Positions 10,697 through 19,276 of a DNA stretch of 19,276 nt are shown here, piece by piece. Each line of letters starts with the position of its first letter. Positions within the stretch are counted from its first letter, which is position 1. Source of the stretch: Tubiluchus corallicola (Eukaryota > Animalia > Priapulida); NCBI GenBank assembly GCA_030141605.1, contig JAQGDQ010001958.1, forward strand, positions 1-19,276. Reading direction: 5' to 3'. A program made the translations under genes and the position numbers. The notes beneath the pieces are model-generated. The model made no database searches and was not told the origin of the DNA. It worked only from the letters and a program-made list of their open reading frames with translations.

Positions 10697-10844
10697 CCAT
10701 TCTTACAGTAAGTTGTTTGGCACGAATTTAAATAACATTTAAGTTTGAAAAAATAATCAGAAGGATTCGTAGCAACTCTTTTCACTAAGTGAGCAAAATT
10801 TTAAACTACCTCATGTTGTGAGTAAGATCAATAAATGAGTGAAT

Positions 10845-11686
10845 CAGAGATGAGAATGACAAATTGCAAAAAACTCTGAAACAGGCTGTAGGTTTGGAGG
10901 CCGCATGCCCCCATGGGGGTTCAAGGGGGCGAGCCCCTTACAGTGTGCAACAAATTGCAATTTTGTGACCACAGAGAGCCTGTAAATGAACTTAAAATAT
11001 CAATTACCTTGTTTCATGCATAATTTAAAATACACAACTATCAAGGATACATGATACCTAATTGTCTCAAAAACGCCTAAGTACTGACCGCTCCTATGCA
11101 AAAGTATATAAAAACTGTCTGCAATTGACTCAAATAACTCTGCACAATTGATTCTATATTTTTATACATAGAGATATACACGTGGTTACGCTGATGTACG
11201 TGATGTAAACAAAGTGACGGCCTGCCACTGGGTGTTGTGTTGTTGCCGCTCCTATGCAAAAGTTTATAAAAACTGTCTGCAATTGACACAAATAAGTCTG
11301 CATAATTGATTCTATATTTTTATACATAGAGATATACACGTGGTTACGCTGATGTACGTGATGTAAACAAAGTGACGGCCTGCCAACTAGCGGTCAGCTT
11401 GTGAAATAATGTACTAGCCGCTCCTATGCAAAAGTTTATAAAAACTGTCTGCAATTGACTCAAATAACTCTGCACAATTGATTCTATATTTTTATACATA
11501 GAGATCAACACGTGTTTACACTGATGTATGTGATGTAAACAAAGTGACGGCCTGCCATCTAGCGGTCAGTTTGTGAAATAATGTACTGGGTCCGTAAAAA
11601 TTTTCTCAACGAATTTACGAGATCTACAAAAATGTCACAACTGGCCTTCCAAAAACTCTGAATTCCGCAGAAAATTCTCATCCCTG
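10845..11686. mobile_element. Non-autonomous hAT-like element (842 bp) with an internal triplication
   Basis: TIR CAG(A/G)GATGAGAAT (12/13); 8-bp TSD gagtgaat/tagtgaat (7/8); GC-rich ggggttcaagggggcgagcccct motif; three 158-172-bp internal copies. Confidence 0.8.
11081..11588. repeat. Three tandem copies of a 158-172-bp unit inside the hAT-like element
   Basis: ccgctcctatgcaaaagt starts at 11088, 11246 and 11418. Confidence 0.93.
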
Positions 11687-11727
11687 TAGTGAATCAGTGG
11701 TGCCACCTGGATGGTGACGATGCTACT

Positions 11728-12887
11728 TAGGGACGTTACCGAAACTGAATTCCCAAACCGAAACCGAAATTTAAGAAACGTAGGAAACCGACATCGAAAT
11801 ATTTTTGGACAAAACCAACTACCATTAAGTGAAAAAAGGGAAATTCTAAAATAAGTAAAATAGTTTGTCTGGGTTTATTTGCTGTGATGCAAAATATTGT
11901 AATACAAGATGGACAAGGAAATTTATTTGTACAGAAACTCAAGTTTGATGGAGTGGCTTCATTAAGAAAAAGTGTTACAATGTTTTAGGATTTAACCTTC
12001 TTTAATGACTAACGTTTAAAGATCACAATGCTTCATTGAAAATAAGCAAATACTGCCACTTTATATGACAGCTGTCACCATACTAACTGTTTGTGGTGTG
12101 GTAAGGTATTTACCTCCGTTCAAGCTCTAACAGTTTGTGGTGTGGTAAGGTATTTACCTTCGTTCAAGCTCTAACAGTTTGTGGTGTGGTAAGGAATTTA
12201 CCTCCGTTCAAGCTCTAACAGTTTGTGGTGTGGTAAGGTATTTACCTCCGTTCAAGCTCTGACAGTTTGTGGTGTGGTAAGGTATTTACCTCCGTTCAAG
12301 CTCTGACAGTTTGTGGTGTGGTTTGTCATTTATCTCTGTTCAAGCTGTAACAGTTTGTGGTGTGGTAAGGTACTTACCCTTCCCTACATTCTATTTGCCT
12401 ACTCTGGCCAGCACTGTTTATCTTTTCAAGTATGATTTATGAAAAAATGGCACCAATTCAACCCGGAAAAGTCGCAGTGTTGCATAACTTTGCAAAATCC
12501 TGCCGGGTATTTTTATTTCGTAAATTATAAAATTAAATGCGAATTTGCTCAAATAAATTTAAACGTGTTTTGATATTTTGGTTGAATGGACCCGGGGAGA
12601 CCCTAAAACTTCACAGTACTGAAGATTTGCCACATTGCTGTGAAAAGCACGTCACAAGCTGTTATGTAAACAAAATTTTCCCTTTATTTGAACTATTTTA
12701 GCCAAGATTTTTCAGCAGTTTTCGACATCTAGGAGGAAAGAAAAGATAAATTGCTCAAATACTAGTGACACCACGGTAAAACGCCACCGAAAATCGAAAT
12801 TTAATATATTTCGCTGAAGCCGAAACTTAACCGAAAGTGCAATTATTGGTAAACCGAAATGAAAATATTGTTTTGGTAACATCCCTG
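11728..12887. mobile_element. Older hAT-like non-autonomous element (~1.16 kb) with ACCGAAA subterminal repeats
   Basis: TIR TAGGGACGTTACCGAAAC vs CAGGGATGTTACCAAAAC (15/18); ACCGAAA clusters near both ends; degenerate 8-bp flanks atgctact/gtactgct (5/8). Confidence 0.65.
12083..12378. repeat. 44-bp minisatellite, ~6.7 copies
   Basis: Unit TTTGTGGTGTGGTAAGGTATTTACCTCCGTTCAAGCTCTAACAG. Confidence 0.95.
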
Positions 12888-12888
12888 G

Positions 12889-12926
12889 TACTGCTGCTGC
12901 TGCTGCTGCTACTGCTACTGCTACTG

Positions 12927-12960
<34 letters not shown>

Positions 12961-13080
12961 AACTACTACTACTACTACTACTATTACTACTACTACTACT
13001 ACTACTACTACTACAACTACTACACCTACTACTACTACTATTACTACTACTACTACTACTACTACAACTACTACTACTAT

Positions 13081-13133
<53 letters not shown>

Positions 13134-13158
13134 TTACTACTACTACTACTACTACTAT

Positions 13159-13193
<35 letters not shown>

Positions 13194-13221
13194 TTACTAC
13201 TACTATTACTACTACTACTAT

Positions 13222-13289
<68 letters not shown>

Positions 13290-13338
13290 TTACTACTACT
13301 ACTACTACACCTACTACTTCTACTACTACTACTACTAT

Positions 13339-13371
<33 letters not shown>

Positions 13372-13439
13372 AACTACTACTACAACTACTACTACTACTA
13401 CAACTACTACACCTACTACTACTACTACTACTACTACAC

Positions 13440-13473
<34 letters not shown>

Positions 13474-13493
13474 AACTACTACAACTACTACAC

Positions 13494-13565
<72 letters not shown>

Positions 13566-13566
13566 G

Positions 13567-13602
<36 letters not shown>

Positions 13603-13610
13603 GACTACCA
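12889..13610. repeat. (CTA)n microsatellite, ~720 bp, grading from (CTG)n
   Basis: Directly visible; source of the poly-L and poly-V ORFs. Confidence 0.99.
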
Positions 13611-13626
13611 CATATGATTCATCTAC

Positions 13627-13743
13627 CTGAACACGAGACTGAAGACGCTCGGTTTCTTTCTTCACACATTCCAACTGCACGTCTCGAGCATCACGTTGAG
13701 CCGACAGACTTTTCACCGTGTCTTGAAGGCGGCTCTTGCTCGC
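13627..13743 (-). CDS. Coding exon C (117 nt): ASKSRLQDTVKSLSAQRDARDVQLECVKKETERLQSRVQ
   Basis: Acceptor ttgttgcgtatttcag|GCG, donor CAG|gtagat; phase 0-0; overlaps the N-terminus of track ORF 12712..13716. Confidence 0.9.
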
Positions 13744-13745
13744 CT

Positions 13746-14295
13746 GAAATACGCAACAATGACAACAATAGCAGTAACAATGGCTAAATACGTAACAATG
13801 ACAACAATAGCAGTAACAATGGCTAAATACTCAACAATGACAACAATAGCAGTAACAATGGCTAAATACTCAACAATGACAACAATAGCAGTAACAATGG
13901 CTAAATACGTAACAATGACAACAATAGCAGTGACAATGGCTAAATACGTAACAATGACAACAATAGCAGTAACAATGGCTAAATACGCAACAATGACAAC
14001 AATAGCAGTGACAATGGCTAAATACGAAACAATGACAACAACAGCAGTAACAATGGCTAAATACGCAACAATGACAGCAATAGCAGTAACAATGGCTAAA
14101 TACGTAACAATGACAACAACAGCAGCAACAATGGCTAAATACGTAACAATGACAACAACAGCAGTAACAATGGCTAAATACGAAACAATGACAACAACAG
14201 CAGTAACAATAGCAAAATACGTAACAATGACCACAATAGCAGTAACAATGGCTAAATACGTAACAATGACAACAATAGCAGTAACAATGGCTAAG
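13746..14295. repeat. 39-bp minisatellite, 14 copies
   Basis: Unit GCTAAATACGTAACAATGACAACAATAGCAGTAACAATG; abuts the acceptor of exon C. Confidence 0.98.
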
Positions 14296-14338
14296 ACAAT
14301 GCAACTTTGAAACCGGGAAACGAATTCCATCTTTTACC

Positions 14339-14493
14339 AACACGAGAAAACGCTCCATTTACATAAAGCTTAAAAAATTTAACTTGAAATTTTAATCGAC
14401 TTACATCCTGCCTTTTTGCATATAGGGCTTGTGTCGGCCATAACGGTGTATAAAACTTGTAAATTTAAACTCCAGAGATGACCGTTAGGCACA
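14339..14493 (+). repeat. Dispersed repeat copy 2, homologous to 10474-10696
   Basis: Same conserved blocks in the same order as copy 1. Confidence 0.8.
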
Positions 14494-14620
14494 GTGTAAA
14501 ATCACATTAAATATCATAATGTTATATTTGCGTCAGCTTTATTATATCAATAATGAAACAAACCCACAATTATTTAAATTTTGATGCCAAACTTGAAAGA
14601 CAGGAAATGTGAAAAAGTTG

Positions 14621-14694
14621 AGACACAATCTGGATTTGAACCAGGAACATTACGTTTACAAGGCTGATGCCGCAGACCACTCGGCCAGTGTGTC
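14621..14694 (-). pseudogene. tRNA-Thr(TGT)-like sequence (tRNA pseudogene or tRNA-derived repeat)
   Basis: GACACAC TG GCCGAGTGGTCTGCGGC A TCAGC CTTGTAA ACGTA ATGTT CCTGG TTCAAAT CCAGA TTGTGTC T followed by a T5 run. A- and B-box present; anticodon stem broken. Confidence 0.8.
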
Positions 14695-14773
14695 TACCAC
14701 TGGTCAAGGTGGTCCAAAGTTCATCCATACGCAAACATAGGAAACTAAAGTCATGAACTCTACAAAGCCTGCG

Positions 14774-14847
14774 GATATAATGGCCGAGTGGTCTAAGGCA
14801 TCTGCTTTGTAAGCATAAGGTCCTTGGTTCGAATCCAAGCTGTGTAT
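14774..14847 (+). pseudogene. tRNA-Thr(TGT)-like sequence (tRNA pseudogene or tRNA-derived repeat)
   Basis: GATATAA TG GCCGAGTGGTCTAAGGC A TCTGC TTTGTAA GCATA AGGTC CTTGG TTCGAAT CCAAG CTGTGTA T followed by a T6 run. Intact A/B boxes and T-arm; mismatched acceptor stem. Confidence 0.82.
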
Positions 14848-15119
14848 CCACTTTTTTAATTGTTTTTAATGAAGCCATGTTGTTTTTTAACTGTGAAAAT
14901 TTAGTCAACTGAGGAAATGTTTCATCATAAATAATTCACCTTAGCTTCACTAAATCAGCCATTTTCAGACCACCAACCCGCACATTTCTAAATGTTTATT
15001 ATCCCTTGGGATAACTCCCGCAAAAATCTCCGGGTGTTCACAATTACCACTGCGGTTTATTCGACCCCGTTTCCCCTCTCTCTAAAACGGGAAGCAGATG
15101 TGAGTTCCGTAACTCTTAC

Positions 15120-15245
15120 CTCCGCTTCGTTAATCTGCTCTTTCAAGGATTCTAATTCGCCCTCCAGGGCGGCGTGAGCGTCCTTCAGCTGCTGTATCTC
15201 GCTGTTCTTCTTCTCCAGTGAAGCAGCAGAGTCGATTTCAATCTC
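15120..15245 (-). CDS. Coding exon B (126 nt): EIEIDSAASLEKKNSEIQQLKDAHAALEGELESLKEQINEAE
   Basis: Acceptor cctgtttgcttttag|GAG, donor GAG|gtaaga; phase 0-0. Confidence 0.93.
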
Positions 15246-16239
15246 CTAAAAGCAAACAGGAATAGATGTAAAATAAAAACGAACGAGGGGATTTATTTCT
15301 ATGTTTGCTAAGAATAAGCAAAATGTAAATTAATTTATGTTTGTGTACCAAAGTATGTGATATGTTAAACAAACATATGTTAGTAAAATCAAACATACAT
15401 TTACATCAGGTATGTAAGTAGTGTTAAATTGTTGAAGGAAGACTGGATGATTTTTCATACACTACCCCATTTTCAAGTCTGATAAAAGTTTATATTTCAA
15501 CACAATTAATACTGCAAAAGCGTTTCTGATAATTAAATAATAGATTAAAAACTTAATTAGTGGCGGGCGAGCCCAACTATTGATGACATCACAAACTAAC
15601 GTAATTTTCAACAGCAAAAATATTGCACGAGTGTGTTGCACGTGTTTGCAAAAGAGAAAATTGAAGTACAGAGCTACTGTAAGATATTCCGTGTGATATA
15701 TTGAACTGAGAGGTACAGCACTTGTTTTTTGTGCAATGCATTTCCAAAATGTCCATCTAACTAGCAAATGGCGAAATGCATGTAACGGTGAAAAACTAGA
15801 GGCGGGAACGAGAAATTGTGTTTGTCTGGTAATAATTCTTTCAGGTAAGTCATTTTTGAAAAAAATAGTATGTTCCTTTCAATATTTTAAAGATAAAATT
15901 GTTTTGACCTACAGTTTAAGATTGGGTCCAATTGTAGTTTAATCACATTAATTCATTTGAGAAGCGATGCATAACAAAATTATAAAATACTAAGCATATC
16001 TAAGCATTACAATAGAAAGGGGTGAGCATAGAACGTTGAAACTCGATTCAAAAGAGTTTTTTTAGTTTAAATTCGATCCTAAAATTATGCATTTCAATAA
16101 TTCACCACTTCAGGCTAAATACGTTCTTTATCATTAAAACGTCTAGCACGCATTTAGCTGTAATTTCTACGGATACTTATGTACTTTGCTTAAGTATAGA
16201 TCAGTTATTGAAAATGGATGTTACATTAGTAATAGTATA

Positions 16240-16897
16240 CAGTGTTCCCTCACTTAACACGGGTGTTCCCTTCCAGGCCCACCAGCGATAAGTGATTTTC
16301 CGCGAAGTTGGGACGCTATACTTATTTTAGTAGTTATACATTATTTTAAGTCTTTATAAGCCCTCCCCACACTCTTATACATAACCCTTTCCCATTCCCT
16401 TAATAACTTTTCCCATACTGTACATGTACCGTTTACAAAACTTTACTGAAATGTTCATAAAAATATTTTAAACTCTTAAACCTAGATACGTAATTTTAAA
16501 AATTTGACGTGTGTTGTGTACAATCTCACGTCGGCAAGTAGCATCTCAAGTGGGCGCAAATACTACATTTCGTATTTGGTGTGTATTCATCCGCCGAATA
16601 AATACACTATTTACAGTAAATGGTAATTTTTTATGATTTATAATATTCTTTTAATGTTGGAATTAACAGTTTTAATATATTTTTATACATTTTGTGATTT
16701 TTTATGCAAAATTCATCAAATCTATACATTACTGTACAATACGTACTACGCATGCGTAAAAATACTTTAGATGGAGTACCACAAAAACCCGCGAAACAGC
16801 GAAAATACTGCGATAAATATTTTACATTAATATTTTTGAAAACCCGAGAAACAGCGAGTCCGCAATAAACGAACCGCGAAGTATCGAGGGAACACTG
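16240..16897. mobile_element. Non-autonomous Tc1/mariner-superfamily (pogo/Tigger-like) MITE, 658 bp
   Basis: TIR CAGTGTTCCCTC (12 bp perfect, then degenerate), TA on both flanks, subterminal CCGCGAA motifs. Confidence 0.88.
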
Positions 16898-17340
16898 TAC
16901 ATATAACACGGGTTGTTCGTTTTGCTTAGTGTGGGCAAACATATACCAGGAGGTAGTGTAAGAAAATTAGGGTATGTGGAGTCAAAAGGGGATCCGGGGG
17001 CTTAGGTGACGAATTCCACAACGCATTGAAATCAGACTGTCTTAAAGAGATATTTAAGAAAAGTAAAACAAAGCTGCCTGCCACATCAGTTCAGTAACTT
17101 ATTTAAGAGAAGTAAAAGAAGGTTTTGGTGATTAAAGAGCAACATGCTTCAGACTTTTCAGACTGACTGCACAGTGTTCAGACACTCAGACATGTGCTTG
17201 ATGTTCGTCGTCATCATTAACACCGTTGCTAAATATTCTCATTATAAAACATTTCACTGTAATTCAAAGTAGCATAGAAATCAGCTGACAATCTCACTGA
17301 CTTGTAATAAAAAAAATCTGATTGCAAAATTAGTTGCAAT

Positions 17341-17803
<463 letters not shown>

Positions 17804-17815
17804 TAAAATCCATAC

Positions 17816-17908
17816 CTTGCATTTTCCCTGTAGTTTAATAATGTCCAGGTCCTTTGTTCTCAACTTGCTTTCAAGCTGTTGTAATTCTTCTTCCAGAACT
17901 TCCTTGGA
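17816..17908 (-). CDS. Coding exon A (93 nt): SKEVLEEELQQLESKLRTKDLDIIKLQGKCK
   Basis: Acceptor ttcttgtttttag|TCC, donor AAG|gtatgg; open, phase 0-0. Confidence 0.9.
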
Positions 17909-18603
17909 CTAAAAACAAGAAGAACATTACCGAAATGGTAACGGAAAGGCCTCTTTTGAAGAGCGTTGACACAGCGGCCTTGGTGGGTATTCGTGTTGAC
18001 ATGACAGTGTTGGTTACATTGGACACCTTTTTCTCACTTAACAATGCACATTTCATTTCAACGACGCTTTTTTTACTTTGCACACAGCCATTTTTATGTG
18101 ATCAAGAACTTCTATAACCTAAATGGAAGCATTAAAACTGTACAAACTGCATTATTCTGTTGTAAAAACGCATTAGTAACCTAAACAGTGCAATTATTAT
18201 AATGTTTTTGCTTCTCCGACTGACTACGCACTAAATTCTAGCTGCTTGTACCAAGCAAGATCTATTTGCTCCAGGCACGCGGTATTGTCTTAAGATCACT
18301 TCATGCACATGTAATTCCAATAATAATCTTTTTTGTCATCTTTACATGCAATTTGGCATATTTTATTCATTTTAGTTTTCCAGCAAAATTACTGATATTT
18401 TAGTGCACTTTTTCAACTTCATTTCTTTTAAACTTAGTAAAGAATTTCTACTAGTCGAACATGTACTTCAAAAGTCAAAAAGTTGCTAAATTATCAACTA
18501 AGACAAACTTGAATTCGTGCGAGTCGGAGGGTTTTTTATACGTGTGCTCCCGGATCAAAACTTGTTACGTTGAAATTTCTCATGTTACATTTATTTAAAC
18601 AAA

Positions 18604-18996
18604 CTTGAGAAACATCGGGAGCCCCACAATGGAAACTTTCTACAGCTTAAACAAACTTGCCCATAAAGTGCAACAAAATTTCACATATTTCAAGACAAAG
18701 TTATAAATTTGACAAACATCGGGAGCCCCACAAGGGAAACTTTCCACAGTTTAAACAAAGTTGCCCCTAAAGTGCAACAAAATTTCACATATTTCAAGAC
18801 AAAGTTATAAATTTGAGAAACATCGGGAGCCCCACAAGGGAAACTTTCCACAGTTTAAACAAACTTGACCATAAAGTAGAACGAAATTTCACATGTTTCA
18901 AGCGTAAGTTACAAATTTGAAAATCTTCTAGAGCCCCACAAGGCAAACTTTCCATAGTTTAAACAAACTTGCTCCTAAAGTAGAACGAAATTTCCC
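18604..18996. repeat. 104-bp tandem repeat, ~3.8 copies
   Basis: gagccccacaa.ggaaactttc recurs at 104-bp spacing (aacatc at 18611, 18715, 18819; the fourth copy is diverged). Confidence 0.93.
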
Positions 18997-19276
18997 AGCA
19001 GAAATGACATTCTCTGCAAAACTGCAAGACCAAATATTAGCACAATATATTTTATGCTTGGCTACAAAGCACTTAGACATTGTCGGTTTGTTGATCAAAT
19101 TTGTTATCAAATATATACTGTGCTTGAACGTACGCACGTGTGTATAATGGTCACGCATCCATTCACCGACTACCCTTAGGATTGCTTAACTTACGCTGTG
19201 GATGCATAGATGCATATGAATCTTCAAGTTTCGAGTCACGAAATGACGAAATTACAACTAAGCTAACTAAGCAAAA

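Noticed and set aside
12712-13787. Poly-Val and poly-Leu ORFs (334 and 316 aa)
   Set aside because: Translations of the (CTA)n microsatellite; only the part overlapping exon C is real coding sequence.
13696-14358. Three repetitive ORFs (TMTTIAVTMAKY, IVTAIVV, Cys-rich)
   Set aside because: Produced by a 39-bp (3n) minisatellite that is open in several frames; intronic.
14621-14847. Functional tRNA-Thr genes
   Set aside because: One copy has a broken anticodon stem and the other a mismatched acceptor stem; kept only as tRNA-like sequences.
19195-19257. Possible additional upstream exon (cttag|TTG...AGC|gtaagt, 63 nt)
   Set aside because: The phase-0 frame has TAA at codon 2 and the peptide is not coiled-coil-like; it cannot join exon A as a coding exon.

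Overview
AT-rich, repeat-rich eukaryotic (probably invertebrate animal) genomic DNA. The window is the interior of one minus-strand spliced gene that the ORF track misses. I found nine GT-AG exons by hand (17908-17816, 15245-15120, 13743-13627, 9643-9518, 7663-7547, 4402-4217, 2998-2900, 2418-2287, 1053-949). All are phase 0-0 and join into a stop-free 367-aa E/K/Q/L-rich coiled-coil segment; start and stop lie outside the window and the gene is not identified. The introns contain three hAT-type and one pogo/Tigger-type non-autonomous DNA transposons, a divergent pair of tRNA-Thr(TGT)-like sequences, microsatellites and several minisatellites. The main unexplained pattern is that tandem arrays are anchored on splice junctions and their units carry splice signals on the pre-mRNA strand. 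The 31-bp and 68-bp arrays repeat a donor, the 39-bp array repeats an acceptor, and a 32-bp array repeats the branch-point consensus TACTAAC about 45 times. In each junction-anchored array the exon-proximal site is the best consensus match. The long ORFs in the supplied track are repeat artefacts.
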